Below are positions 25,401 to 39,640 of a stretch of DNA of 64,000 nucleotides, in pieces. The position numbers and the translations under genes are program-made. The number at the start of each line of letters is the position of its first letter. Position 1 is the stretch's first letter. Origin of the DNA: Haliotis cracherodii (taxonomy: Eukaryota); contig NW_027266285.1 of NCBI RefSeq assembly GCF_022045235.1, positions 868,001-932,000 on the forward strand, in the 5' to 3' direction. The notes beneath the pieces were generated by a model. The model had not been told where the DNA came from and made no database searches. It saw only the letters and a list, made by a program, of their open reading frames with translations.

Positions 25401-26540
25401 GATGTCGCCGGCGTTCACAGTTTTAGTCCCTGGTTGTAGCCCAACAGGTCATCTATCACCAACGCCACTGATTCTCCGATACCCTGAGCGGGGCCCCTCG
25501 ACCTCTCTGGTGTTTATCACCCCAGACAAGACGGCTCTCTTGCGTTCCGCATTCGCTCTTAGGTCAGTTTTAGTTTTTGGTTACCCGCCTCATTCTATTT
25601 CTGTCACCTATCCGGGTTTTACTTTTTGCATCAACTCTCGTTTCCTGACGACAGGAATGGTAGTAGATGTGGACACCGGCGCCGACGCCAACGCCGCTGC
25701 TTCTCTGATACCTGAGCGATGCCCGTCGACCTCTCCAGTGTTCCTTGCTTCCAGACTAGAGGGCTCTCCTGTGTTTCGCATTCGCTCTTGGGATTGGTCG
25801 TAGATTTTGCCGCGGACGCCGCTGATTCTTCGATACCCCGAGTTGAGCCCGTCGAACTCTCTGGTGTTTATCACCTCAGGTTAGAGGGCTCTACTGCGTT
25901 TCGCTTTCGCTCTTCGGTAAGTTCTATATTTTGTCTACACGCCTCATTGTATTTCAGTTACCTATTCGGGCGTTTCGTTTTTGCATCGACTCTTGTTTCC
26001 TGAAGACATGAATGGTCGTAGATGTTCCAGTCATCAATTGTATGCGGTGCGGATTCATCGGACCTTGACGTGGGTTTATTATGGTTCACATCTGAAGGTA
26101 TGCCCACCGACCATGCCATCTGATAAAGATGCAATACGGAGTAAAGTTAAAAAAATTAGTAAAATCTAAATATTTTTTACATTTGTATACTTATCCTGCA
26201 TTACGAAGTCTAAGTGCCCTCCCTTTCGCTACGCTACCTCCCCACGAAGTTTCAGATGTTATGTTTAAAGCAGTTATGTGTTTTGGTGTGACGTCATGAC
26301 TTCCGGGTCACGTGCCGACTGTGAGAGGGCGCTGCCTCCTGAGCTGGTTGGGACAACTTTCTTCTGCAGCTGGATCTCACACAGTTGGTCTCTTTGTCAA
26401 AAGACAGCAGTAAATGCAATACGCCCATCGTGGCCATGACTGTAAGGGTTTCCCAATCATTATGTTCCGGGATATTTCAATCTGTATTTGTTGGATGATT
26501 TTTTTTACATCATCAAAACTTTATCCTTATCAAACTTGCA

Positions 26541-26630
26541 ATGGTATGGTATGGTATGGTATGGTATGGTATGGTATGGTATGGTATGGTATGGTATGGT
26601 ATGGTATGGTATGGTATGGTATGGTATGGT
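26541..26630. repeat. (ATGGT)18 microsatellite
   Basis: Perfect pentamer run. Confidence 0.97.
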
Positions 26631-26802
26631 GAGCACAGCATTGTTTCACACAAGGTCAAATAATTTAGTGAACACAGTGTTGCTCCACACAGTTGAAGTT
26701 GAAGTCTTCCTCAAAGTATAGACTAAATGTCCTCGATGCATGCACATGTTCCTGTCATACAGAATTGTGTCCAACTGTCAGTTGAAGACCATAAGCAGGA
26801 GA

Positions 26803-27060
26803 AGGTGAGGTGAGGTGAAATTGGGTTTAACGTCGGGTTCAATATTATTGCACTTATATAGCGACGTGTATACACGTGTATGTGTGTGTGTGTGGCTGCT
26901 TGTAACTAGTCCGGACTGATGCCGATTTATAGTGCTAGCACACTGAGATACCATGCCGCAGTTTAACATGAATACCCCACTCAGACACAGTTTACTGACT
27001 CCGAGCCGACCAGTCCTTGTTTTAGCCCCTTAATGCCGAGCGCCAGACAGTAATAAGCAG
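26803..27060 (-). mobile_element. SINE family C 3' portion (core resembling mollusc Meta-type SINEs), (cacct)n tail
   Basis: tactgactccgagccgaccagtccttg...cccttaatgccgagcgccag core and gggtttaacgtc terminus; family assignment from memory, not searched. Confidence 0.6.
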
Positions 27061-27442
27061 GAGAAATACAAATACCGTAATGAAAATATGTACAAACTAG
27101 CCACTTGGTCACAACTATCATGTATTCATTTCAAAACACCTCTATCAATACAACAATGCATCAACATTCCCATTTGGAAAGAAAGGAACAGATAATACTG
27201 TGGTTTCCACAATGGACAATCCCTTTGGTAAAACAAATCTTATGTTATACACATTAACACAAAGTATCCTTTCTACATATTTATCCTCATTCAAAGTAAC
27301 AAAATATTTTACTCACAAAGGCTTTCTTCTTAACTAGGCCTCACAACAGTATGAAATTTAACTGTGTTTTAATCTCTATGACATGGCCTCATATGATAGA
27401 GCCACAAACATTAAAACATGCTTTGCATGTGAAGAGAAGTTG

Positions 27443-28315
27443 TGTATCAGACATGTCCAGTACTGTAGACTGAGAACACAGGGTGTATCAGACATGTCCA
27501 GTACTGTAGACTGAGAACACAGGGTGTATCAGACATGTCTAGTACTGTAGACTGAGAACACAGGGTGTATCAGACATGTCCAGTACTGTAGACTGAGAAC
27601 ACAGGGTGTATCAGACATGTCCAGTACTGTAGACAGGGAACACAGGGTGTATCAGACATGTCCAGTACTGTAGACTGAGAACACAGGGTGTATCAGACAT
27701 GTCTAGTACTGTAGACTGAGAACACAGGGTGTATCAGACATGTCCAGTACTGTTGTAGACTGGGAACACAGGGTGTATCAGACATGTCTAGTACTGTAGA
27801 CTGGGAACACAGGGTGTATCAGACATGTCCAGTACTGTAGACAGGGAACACAGGGTGTATCAGACATGTCCAGTACTGTAGACAGGGAACACAGGGTGTA
27901 TCAGACATGTCCAGTACTGTAGACTGGGAACACAGGGTATACCAATCATGTCCAGAACTGTAGACTGGGAACACAGGGTGTATCAGACATGTCTAGTACT
28001 GTAGACTGGGAACACAGGGTGTATCAGACATGTCCAGTACTGTAGACTGGGAACACAGGGTGTATCAGACATGTCCAGTACTGTAGACTGGGAACACAGG
28101 GTATACCAATCATGTCCAGAACTGTAGACTGGGAACACAGGGTGTATCAGACATGTCCAGTACTGTAGACAGGGAACACAGGGTGTATCAGACATGTCCA
28201 GTACTGTAGACTAGGAACACAGGGTGTATCAGACATGTCTAGTACTGTAGACTGGGAACACAGGGTGTATCAGACATGTCCAGTACTATAGACTGGGAAC
28301 ACAGGGTGTATCAGA
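27443..28315. repeat. 41-bp minisatellite, about 21 copies
   Basis: gtgtatcagacatgtccagtactgtagactgggaacacagg. Confidence 0.95.
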
Positions 28316-29089
28316 AAAGTCAAGTAATGTTGATGGAGAACACTGGGTTTATCAGACAAACGACATCTCCAAATGCATGTTTGTTTAAGTAAGCATACAA
28401 TATGAGTCTTGAAGTTCTATAACTCTCATGATTTAAATGATTTTGATTATAGTATACAGTGATTTAAGCACTGCTGTCTTGGGAATTGAACCAATGGTTC
28501 TGTCTCAAATATGCAAAATGGTGGGCGACCAGGTACGGGTTAGAAACATGTTAAAAAGTGTCAATCCATGTGCACAGAAGAGACAGCTTGGTTTCCAATG
28601 TTGGGACCCGAAACGTGATATATATTTTCAATTATGACTGATGTGCTCGTATTAATTAAATGTCACATTTTGTGACTGATGTGATTAACGTTGCAATATA
28701 CTAGTATAAAACCACAAAGAGTGTCGTGCAAATTTAAATTTTCTCCTGTATTTCTCATAACATATCATGAAACTCATGCCTTTTATGGCTTAAACAGATT
28801 GTCAATACATGATACCAGTAAAATGAGTAAGGGATGTTTTGTTAGTTATTTAAACTTGAAATATTTGTATAACAGCAAAAATACTTATACTTTGTAATGA
28901 ATGTTAAACATTCATTACCAATTATGTAATATTATGTAACTTGGCCACAAATAAGGCAACCCAACATTGGAGAACCATTTAAATGACTACACTGCTATTT
29001 TCCCCTGGGTTTGGCGATCCAAGAAGAATCAGGAGCATCAGGACATATGGTAAGTATACTAAATGCTTTTCAGTGTTCACATTATAAGA

Positions 29090-29255
29090 GGCGCGGTCGG
29101 GTAGCCTAGTGGTTAAAGTGTTCGTTCGTCATGCTGAAGACACAGGTTCGATTCCTGACATGGGTACAATGTGTGAAGCCCATTTCTGGTGTCCCCTTCT
29201 GTGATATTGCTAGAATATTGCTAAAAACGGCATAAAACCATACTCACTCACTCAA
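29090..29255 (+). mobile_element. tRNA-derived SINE (family B), full length, 9-bp TSD
   Basis: A box tagcctagtgg, B box ggttcgattcc, (actc)n tail; attataaga at 29081-29089 and 29256-29264. Confidence 0.9.
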
Positions 29256-31136
29256 ATTATAAGACTTCTTTTCATAGAAGAAAAGTCAAACATCTATATA
29301 CTTGCTAATAAAGCACACAGTATGTGAATACATGTGGATATATTGATTTTTGATTCAGCATAAAGCACTTTATGAAGTACTACTATTGGTCATACCTACC
29401 GAGTTTAATCTCCCTTGTTCATCTTCCACATGGTACTGGCAGCTTGATGTCGGGGGGCTGTGTCTGATGCCACACTTGGCGGTCTCAAATAGAAGTTATT
29501 TGCATCTCTCTGTGTCAGGATAATTATCTGGCCAATATTCATGTATTCAAAGAATCTTGTCACTGACAGTTGTCATTGTGGACGTGACCAAATGCTGGTA
29601 GTACATCTCCCAGTCGCAAGCAATCTACTTGGACTAATCAATTGCTGATCCTTTGACATGAAAATGTTTGCTGTATAGAGATATATTTCAAAATATGGTG
29701 GACATTAATTCTTAAGGTAAGATTTATATATTTCAACAAAACCTTGACTTCGACAATGAGGAAAATGTTTAATAGTAAATGCGTTATTGAACCTTATTGA
29801 AGATACTAATTCCAACCAGATATGTTTTTGTATATAAATTTCATGAAGTTGGTGTTTGGTTTAACTGTCTTTTGCATGAAATCACTTAAGTCTTTCAGTT
29901 AATGTGATCTGGGGCAATGTAAATTCACTTTGAAGGTAATATCCATGACAAACCCTCTAAGAGCAGTCAGTTGTCCTTGTCAGGTATGCTGATTGTATTT
30001 ATAGAATACAGAATGAACCACATCAGTAATTGTTCAATTAAGGGACATTAAATGCTTCACATGATTAGACTGTTGACACAGAGAACTGACATTATTCAAT
30101 GATATTGATTTATTCTGATTTGAAAAACTGTGGCATTCATTATTGTGCATTTGTCTGAAGATATCTGGTGGAAATATCACAAGAAAATGTTCTCTGTTAG
30201 TGTAACAGAACTATTTGATTGTATAATTTCTTCTTTTCAGAGGAGATGTTCTAACTTGATCCAGGCAAAGAGGATCTTTATACACTGAAGTAAATAATAT
30301 TTTGACCATCTTAGGGCTTCAGAAACGTTCTTCCTTTTATAAAGCTGACACTAATATGAAAATGATTGTGGATTGCTGTTTGTGTTATTTAAGATGAGTA
30401 TGTGTGACACATCACATACAGGATTTTCAGTGAAGATTATAACCCACTTGGTATTTCAGGACTGAGTACGTAAGTAGGTGATTCAATTTCTTTGGACTAT
30501 TCTTTTTTTGCACAACATTCATAATGAACAAAATGATAAAGGATTAGTAAAGAATGTAACTCTGTTCTCAAAGATAAAGTGAAACACTTTAGTTTTCTTC
30601 ATATGTTTCTTTTCCAAGTTGTGGAAGCATGTCAATGGTAGTGATTAAATTAATATGATTTCAGCAGTCTTTGGTGGGTTGTTTGTCAAAAACAAATGGG
30701 CAAATAGACCAATATTAGGTCACCTGGACTCACTTTCTGACTATCTTGCATCTATTTTTATCAAATTTTAACTTTTCTCTTGGCACTGGCTGAAGGAATG
30801 ACATGCACACTGTAATGCCATTAAAAACAATATTTAAAGAGCTGAAATAATCAGATTGGGGGACCTCTTCATCTCAGAAACTTTCAAGTCCACAGCTTGT
30901 GAAATAGAAATGAAAATATGTTTTTGGTAAAGGATATAGGATCTTCATCCACACTCAACTTTGTCATTGTTGCAATTATTACTAAATTATATATCATACA
31001 TTTCAGAAACCATTTTTCCATACAATTACCATATAGATACTTTAAATGAATATCATTACCATAACAATGTTCTTTAAAGGTTAAAAAATCTTACAGTGAG
31101 ATTAATTACTCTATCTTTTCAGATCACACATACAAT

Positions 31137-31820
31137 TTATTCTTTCTACCATCGATTTGGAAATATTTAATTCTGATTGGTCAATCAGAGGTTGTCAAAT
31201 CACAATAAAACCCCTCTGATTGGTCTGCATCACTGTGGAAGCCAATATTCATAGAAAGTACTTTTTTCAGTCATTGTTGGTAGGCATATTTAAATATTTA
31301 TATCTAAAATTATAGATTAGCAAATGCAAAGTTGCAGTCACTACAATATTCAAAGGATGTGTGCAATACATATCGTGCAGAAAACATGATATAAATCTAC
31401 AAAGAGAATGTATTTTGAGTTTTGAGGACAACAGAAAATTTGGAATTTGGTGCTTTTCTCTATATGACTGTGATGTCATATCTTTTGCATCACAATGAGT
31501 GATATATAGCCTTGTAGAACGAAAGCTTTGCAAGGCTTGCTTGGTTTTCTTTGAGCGTGTCCACCTCATGTTAACTTACGAAGTTGCCATGCTTATATGC
31601 TTTCAATGCCTGTCATATGTTCGAGTGATGTATTATGGTGTAAACAAAATGCTCGAGGATTTAGAAAAACATATTTTGTTTGAAGGCTGTTTTCAGTGAT
31701 TCCGTAATTCAGATCGACAACCCACTCGAAATACTGGACTCAACCCATGCCGCTTGACTCATTATAGTTCCAAACTCCAAAGAGTTTGCGTTTTGTTAAG
31801 TCATGGTAGAATGGAGATAA
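31137..31820. mobile_element. Possible non-autonomous DNA element with imperfect inverted ends
   Basis: ttattctttctaccatcgatt ... aagtcatggtagaatggagataa; internal ctgattggtc repeats. Confidence 0.4.
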
Positions 31821-32689
31821 ACATTCTGTGTTTTCAATGTAGAGCTAAATAACCTGTAGACTTGACTGCGCTAAATTTATGTTTGATATATTTATGTTTT
31901 ATATATTTATACTTTCAACCTAAAGGATGTGGAACACTTTTTTTCTGTTCCATTGTATATCTAATATTTTGTAAGATTTTGTTAGAGCACTACAAACACA
32001 TAAGGCCTGCAACCGGTTGTATGAAAACTTCATGTAAGGATTGACTGTGTATTTTTTTGGTTCATTGAGGTATGAATCGAAAAAACAATGTGCAAACTGT
32101 ATGAAGCTGAAAACTGAAAAATACACAGTCAATGCTTATAATTAAATTTGACAATGTAAAACATGTTTTATCTTCAATAGTTAAACCAAAAGCAGTTGTA
32201 TATATCACAACAGACAAAAATGACGAGATTGATAAACATTCCTGGTGTAGGAATACATACTGTGGCGTGACATAAATCAGGGGATCGTTTAATTTATGCA
32301 CATAATTTGACACATCTACAAAGTCAGTAGCCAATCAACGTAGAGTAGGATCAAAACAATGTTCATAGGACCTGTCAATAAGGCAAAAGGTGAGAAGAAC
32401 TGCAACAGTCAGACTAACGAACTGGAAGAAATGTGTCAGGGAGAAGGCGGCTGTTTCGAATGACATGGTCAGTTACCTCCAAATTCAAGCATTAGTTCCC
32501 TGTTAACGGGAAAACACAGTTGGAAAAATGCTAGTTAGAAATGAAACCCGAAGACATGAAAGTTGTGGAACCGAGGCGAGCGGAAAAGAAAACAGGCGAA
32601 CGATTGAGCCTGCACGTTTGCTGTTTCATTCCTCCTCGGCCTTCCGTTTCAAAGGGTAGTTTGGACAATGAATATGTATGAGTTGACGT

Positions 32690-34905
32690 ACAAAGATAAC
32701 AAAATGATGATGAAGCCAATATGATAGGATTAATGTACAAAGGTAACAATTTAATGATGAAGCCAAGTTGATAAGATTAATTTACAAAGGTAACAATATA
32801 ATGATGAAGCCAAGTTGATAGGATTAATGTACAAATTAAGGTAACAATATAATGAAGTCAATTTGATAGGATTAATGTACAAAGGTAACAATATAATGAT
32901 GAATCCAATTTGATAGGATTAATGTACAAAGGTAAGAATATAATGATGAATCCAATTTGATAGGATTAATGTACAAAGGTAAGAATATAATGATGAATCC
33001 AATTTGATAGGATTAATGTACAAAGGTAAGAATATAATGATGAATCCAATTTGATAGGATTAATGTACAAAGGTAACAATATAACGATGAAGTCAATTTG
33101 ATAGGATTAATGTACAAAGGTAACAATATAATGATGAATCCAATTTGATAGGATTAATGTACAAAGGTAAGAATATAATGAAGTCAATTTGATAGGATTA
33201 ATGTACAAAGGTAACAATATAATGATGAATCCAATTTGATAGGATTAATGTACAAATTAAGGTAAGAATATAATGAAGTCAATTTGATAGGATTAATGTA
33301 CAAAGGTAACAATATAATGAAGTCAAGTTGATAGGATTAATGTACAAAGGTAAGAATATAATGATGAATCCAATTTGATAGGATTAATGTACAAAGGTAA
33401 CAATATAATGATGAATCCAATTTGATAGGATTAATGTACAAAGGTAAGAATATAATGATGAATCCAATTTGATAGGATTAATGTACAAAGGTAACAATAT
33501 AATGATGAATCCAATTTGATAGGATTAATGTACAAAGGTAACAATATAATGATGAATCCAATTTGATAGGATTAATGTACAAAGGTAACAATATAATGAT
33601 GAAGTCAATTTGATAGGATTAATGTACAAAGGTAACAATATAATGATGAATCCAATTTGATAGGATTAATGTACAAAGGTAACAATATAATGAATCCAAT
33701 TTGATAGGATTAATGTACAAAGGTAACAATGTAATGAAGTCAATTTGATAGGATTAATGTACAAAGGTAACAATATAATGAAGCCAATTTGATAGGATTA
33801 ATGTACAAATGTAACAATATAATGATAAATCCAAGTTGATAGGATTAATGTACAAAGGTAAGAATATAATGATGAATCCAATTTGATAGGATTAATGTAC
33901 AAATGTAACAATATAATGAAGTCAATTTGATAGGATTAATGTACAAATGTAACAATATAATGATGAATCCAATTTGATAGGATTAATGTACAAAGGTAAG
34001 AATATAATGAAGTCAGTTTGATAGGATTAATGTACAAAGGTAACAATATGATGAATCCAATTTGATAGGATTAATGTACAAAGGTAAGAATATAATGAAG
34101 CCAATTTGATAGGATTAATGTACAAATGTAACAATATAATGATGAATCCAATTTGATAGGATTAATGTACAAAGGTAAGAATATAATGAAGTCAATTTGA
34201 TAGGATTTATGTACAAAGGTAACAATATGATGAATCCAATTTGATAGGATTAATGTACAAAGGTAAGAATATAATGAAGTCAATTTGATAGGATTAATGT
34301 ACAAAGGTAAGAATATAATGATGAATCCAAGTTGATAGGATTCATGTACAAAGTTAAGAATATAATGATGAAGCCAAGTTGATAGGATTAATGTACAAAG
34401 GTAACAATATAATGAAGTCAATTTGATAGGATTAATGTACAAAGGTAACAATATAATGAGGAATCCAATTTGATAGGATTAATGTACAAAGGTAAGAATA
34501 TAATGAAGTCAATTTGATAGGATTTATGTACAAAGGTAAGAATATAATGATGAAGTCAATTTGATAGGATTAATGTACAAAGGTAAGAATATAATGAAGT
34601 CAATTTGATAGGATTAATGTACAAAGGTAAGAATATAATGATGAAGTCAATTTGATAGGATTAATGTACAAAGGTAAGAATATAATGAAGTCAATTTGAT
34701 AGGATTAATGTACAAAGGTAACAATATAATGATGAAGCCAATTTGATAGGATTAATGTACAAAGGTAACAAATCAATGTATAATGATGAAGCCAATTTGA
34801 TAGGATTAATGTACAAAGGTAACAAATCGATGTATAATGATGAAGCCAATTTGATAGGATTAATGTACAAAGGTAACAATTCGATGTATAATGATGAAGC
34901 CAATG
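32690..34905. repeat. 44/47-bp AT-rich satellite array, about 48 copies
   Basis: aatttgataggattaatgtacaaaggtaa(c/g)aatataatga(tga)a(t/g)cc. Confidence 0.95.
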
Positions 34906-36567
34906 GGATTAGCAGGAGAGGATTCAAGTTCACTGGAGGTGTAGTGATGACAAGGTGCTGGCTGTTGTGGCTGGCACTATGCATCCATTACTTCTGACTT
35001 TTATATGTTTGAATAAAGATAAAGCTTCAGTCAACTTCCAGATTAAGACCAGATCGTTTTATAAATACTTTTGGGCAGCTGCAGTAAAACAATACTTAAA
35101 TCAGACATTTTGTACCCAACTTTTGAGACCTACAGCGGGTACCCGGGGTAGGGTCAGGTAATGGGATCGGGTACCCGGGTATTAAATGTGGACTCCTCCC
35201 AGCCCTGGTGACATGTGATCTCATACATGGAATTGGTCACAGAAATCCCCTTCAACACTAAGTGCAGTACTTCTGTGAGGCATGCCCCAGTAAAGGTACA
35301 CCAGTCTTCAGATCAGGCTGTTGGAATTGGAGTCTGTGATGTAGTCAAAGGCTGAAGACTTGCTAATGTGATGTAGTGTTATTTACTGGTAGTCAATCCT
35401 TGGGGGAAGCCCATAAAGTCATGTACAATAATCAGTGAGGAGTGACGACAGCTGTCCGTAGTTACAGGAGATTTATGAGATGTTGATTTCTCATCTTCCA
35501 CCCTCCGACTCCCACTCACTCACATCTGAGAGAATGGTGAGGGAAACAGTTTTAGAAATAGATGCAATCAGCCTCCCCTAAAGCATACCTAAAGATCTGT
35601 CGAAGTTGGTTCTTGTATCCATTTCTCTCCTCCCTAAATTTGCTGTCAGTGTTGGAGATACAGAGTTTGTTTAGAGATGGGGCTTTGATTTCATGGTGTT
35701 GATAGCTTTGTTCTGTTTTGTCAGTGGTTGGCATGGCACAAATTGTCCAAAGATAAGTTGAATCCGATATGTATGTGTATATGTCAGTGCAGGTGTTGAT
35801 ACAGGTTTTTTATGATTAATAGGAGGTGCATATGTTTCATAATTTCCCATGTTCTTTTCATGTCATTAATCTTGTTGGCTTTTGACAATAAATAAAAACA
35901 TGATGCCTAATTTGTAGAGGTTTTGTTGATGGACACTGCTGCCACTACGTACTCATATATATATATATATATGTTCATATGTCAATGGAGCCATTCTGTT
36001 TTCCAATGTACTGCCAGTAAGTTTTGATAATCCATCAAAAGTTGAACAGATAATGAGGCAATTTTGTTCTTGCTTGAATCAGATTTATTTAGGTGAGACT
36101 CTGAAGTTGGAGGATGAAGATAAAACAAAAATAAACTAGGCTACAGCCAACAAATTAATTGCTTTAGGTTTTTTCCCCCATACAGGACATAAGGCCAAAC
36201 ATTAAACACTCTTCCTTAAGACACAAACAGTATTCCTATGTTTTGTGTCCAGCCTTAACACTTCAAGAGATCCTGACAGGGTATTATTTATCCCTTTTTT
36301 AGTGAGCCATATATTTTTTTCTGTAATTTTGGAGTTGTCCAGTCACATGTTCCAGTGATGCAAAGTGGCTTACCTCATTAGTGTGCCATATTTGTAGTAA
36401 CTAGAATTATAACACTTTAAATAAGATTTGTGTTGTAAGTTGTCTGTCATCCTATTAAAGTAATATGGAAACAATAAATGCTGCATATTTGAAAAACCTT
36501 AGTACCTATCTGAAAATAGGAAAATATTTTCTTTTCAGAGACTAGATGTTAGTCTACCCGTGATTGT

Positions 36568-36796
36568 GTTTGTTTGTTTGTTGTTTAACACCTCACTCAG
36601 CAATATTCCAGCTTTACGACGGCGGTCTGTAAAATAATCAAGTCTGGACCAGACAATCCAGTGATTGACATCATGAGCATCAATCCACACAATTGAGATT
36701 GATGACATGCATCAACCAAGTCAGCGAACCTGAACACCCGATCCTGTTAGTCGCCAAGGGTTGCAGAAGACCTATTTTACCCCGGATCTTCACGTC
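36568..36796 (-). mobile_element. SINE family A copy
   Basis: Colinear with 6596-6846; small deletion in the head. Confidence 0.85.
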
Positions 36797-38051
36797 TCCC
36801 TGTAATTGTGACATTACTCATTTGTGTATGGCCGGAGCACACTTCATATGGTTTGTTGCTCACGATCATACATGGTTCTTTCCATGTGATATTATTCAGT
36901 CCATAGCAGTAAAACCATTTTACTCATTCTCTTTGTTTTTTGTGTGTCACAATAACTTTTGCCTTTGAGAAAATAATATATAAGTGGGTAAAGTTTTATT
37001 GGAACATAATTTCATTCTGTTAGTTTGTAACAGTAAAATTCAAACATTTCAATACATTTGGACACTTTGAGATGTATATTATGAACAAATTGTACAAGAT
37101 GGACATATTTGTGTGACCTTATACCTTTGTGCTATTCCAGTGATAGTTTCATAGCTTGAATGTTGTACATCTGAGAGCAGGCATTACGCTAGAGGAAAAT
37201 CATAATAAACTTGGCAAAGGAAAATATTTACAAAGACTTGAATGTCAGGATGATGTTGTGTTTGAGGCTCTGCTTCCATGTTTGTGATGCTAGTGCGGCT
37301 ATGTAACCAATCCTAAGAAGTAAGGTAGCAAAATAACAACATCGTTACAGGTGCACACACACGTTTTTCTGAAACATGTATGTGCTCTGCTTTTGATGTC
37401 AAGGTTCTTCATAGGGACTTGGGTTAAATTAGGTCCCTAGCATCGCATTTCTGCCCTCAGCAGCCACAATTTGCTTTGCAGTGCATTGTGATGGTCGGTT
37501 TGAATCCTGGTTCGCTCCAATTATGTTTCTAGGTTTGTCAGCCATACCCATGCTCGTGGGTTACACCAAACTGGTAAACATCTAAGCTCTGGATCACTTC
37601 AGGAGTTCCCTCACACACTAAGCTAACATGCCGTGATTGAACAGGAATACTGTTCACAGCAGCATTGAGCCCGACCTGCTGGATCACTCTGTAGATGCTC
37701 CAGATTTGAAATCAAACTTTTTACTTCATGTAAAGGTCTACACAGCAAAATAATCTTTTTGTGTAAAAAAATTCTCTCCAAATTTGTGATTTCCAATTTT
37801 TTTGACTTATTTTAGTCAAAATCTGGCTTGAATGTAGGATGTGGGTGCCTGTTGAAATGTTTAGAATGTAGAGGGGAAGTCCCACAACCTTTTGTTGGCT
37901 GGAAATTGAATTCTTGAAGAATTATAGTAAATGCAAAGAAACGGTTTAATCTGACTAATTATGAGATATTAGATTCAATGTACATTATAAACATTACTTT
38001 CATTAATATTTGATTATTCAGTTCTGTACAAAAGAATCTGATATGTGTCCT

Positions 38052-38452
38052 ACCTGTGAAGATCTTGGTTAGAATAGGTCGTCAGCAACTCATTCTTGTC
38101 GTAAGATGCGACTAACGGGATTGAGTGGTCAGGCTTGCTGACTTGTTTGATGCATATGTAGCAGGGCGTGGAGTCATCCCACAGATGACATCCTTACCTT
38201 GTCAACTTGCTGACAGGGTTAACCTCTTTGGTCATGTGGACAAGGCGTCCGACCTCTAATCAGAAGGTCTGTGGTTCGAATCCCATCACGGGACTCGGAA
38301 ATTGGATACATGTCATCATATCCAAATTGTGTAGATCGATTCTCATGATGTCAATCACTGGATTGTGTGGCCCAGACACCCATTGTTTACAAACTGCCAT
38401 CATATAGCTGGAATATTGCTGAGTGTGGCGTTAACCAACCAACAAACAAAAA
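38052..38452 (+). mobile_element. SINE family A copy with nested tRNA-like insert
   Basis: Head at 38052-38155, body resumes at ~38300, (aacc/aaac) tail. Confidence 0.8.
38222..38293 (+). pseudogene. tRNA-Arg(TCT)-like pseudogene or SINE head
   Basis: tggtcatgtggacaaggcgtccgacc-tct-aatcagaaggtctgtggttcgaatccc; acceptor stem imperfect. Confidence 0.55.
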
Positions 38453-38639
38453 AATTATTTTTCTGTAAAGAGTTGACACCCCAATGTACATTTTGAAAAG
38501 TCACGATATCTGTACACATGTAACTGATGATGCAGCACTTATGTTGAACAAGCTGTGTGTTTATCTGAAGAATAAACACGAACATTCATAAGACATCTGA
38601 GAAATACGCTTTTGTCAAAATAATGTAAGTAAACAAAGC

Positions 38640-39640
38640 AGAGATGATTCCATGCAGATTTTCCTTGCAGACTTGGTGCAACTGTTTGATGATGTGAAGT
38701 AAACAAACCTACTTTCTAAGAATAGTCTCCCTGTGCTCAGACATTGGTGTTCAGTGTATGTGAAATTAAGCAGTGTAAATTGTGTAGTTGTGTGTCAGGA
38801 ATCACACAGAAACCCACATCAGGTGGGCTGTGCTTGCCTGATAGGGAGGGGCATACGCTTCCCACCTAATGTCAAAAATACCTGGCTAACTGATTGATAT
38901 ACCACTCGCACTGCTTAAAAACTCATACACATTTCGATGGAGGTTTACCCAGTGGCTCACAGCACAAGGTATTTAATGCATGGATATGTACATTCTATAA
39001 GCTATCTAGTCTCCTGCCATACTTTGCCAGTTGCTTAGTTTGGGGAGTTTCAATGTTTAGGGGTTTAGTTTGTAGATTACTTTTGAGAAAGATGAGTTTA
39101 GGCAATGATATGGAAAAACCCTTAGTGCAAGGTCATTGGATTAACAAGTATGTGGTAGAGTGTTCCACAAATATACATCCTTTTTTACTTCATGTAAGTG
39201 AGGTGGCATCGGTTACTGGAAGCAGCTCACACCATGACAATGTCGGGGATAGCTCTGCTAGAGGCCAGCAGATCACTGCAAGTGTAATGCCCATTTTAAA
39301 TATTAAAGCCTGTAGCGACCAGTGACTGGAATCTTTACATGGAAATTTGGTGTTGACCAGTGGCTTCGACTTTGTCATGATGAAAGATATTTTTCCATAT
39401 TTTCAGTATTTCATCTGCCAGTATTTAAATGCCAGACAACGTCATGTTTTCATCTTCACATATAACAAAACATCATCACTAATTATATGCTTTGATGAGT
39501 CTACTACATTTATAACCTGTTGGTGATCCATTCATATAATTTTCACCGCTATTTTGTCTTTTATGCCTAATGGAATCTAATTTGAGATAATATATTAAAA
39601 CTGGTAATTCTCTGGTGTTGATGTTTTATTTTTATCAATC
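38640..39640 (-). mobile_element. Ancient L1/Tx1-like ORF2 remnant
   Basis: Degraded minus-strand similarity to the RT C-terminal region; many stops; recognised by eye only. Confidence 0.35.

Larger units (their letters stand above)
21108..26423 (+). mobile_element. DIRS1-like tyrosine-recombinase retrotransposon, coding-degenerate, with ITRs and internal complementary region
   Basis: ITRs 21133-21289 and 26267-26423; ICR 26128-26205 matches the terminus; RNase H-like VSTDDVTVVWCLRTQ; MTase-like PTLDRFASSMN; YR motifs LKKKTVFLLVLATAARV, HEIRAIA, WRSDTAFTNHY. Confidence 0.9.

Noticed and set aside
35120-35207. hAT-like terminus (cccagccctg) enclosing the 47-bp satellite
   Set aside because: No partner terminus or 8-bp TSD found
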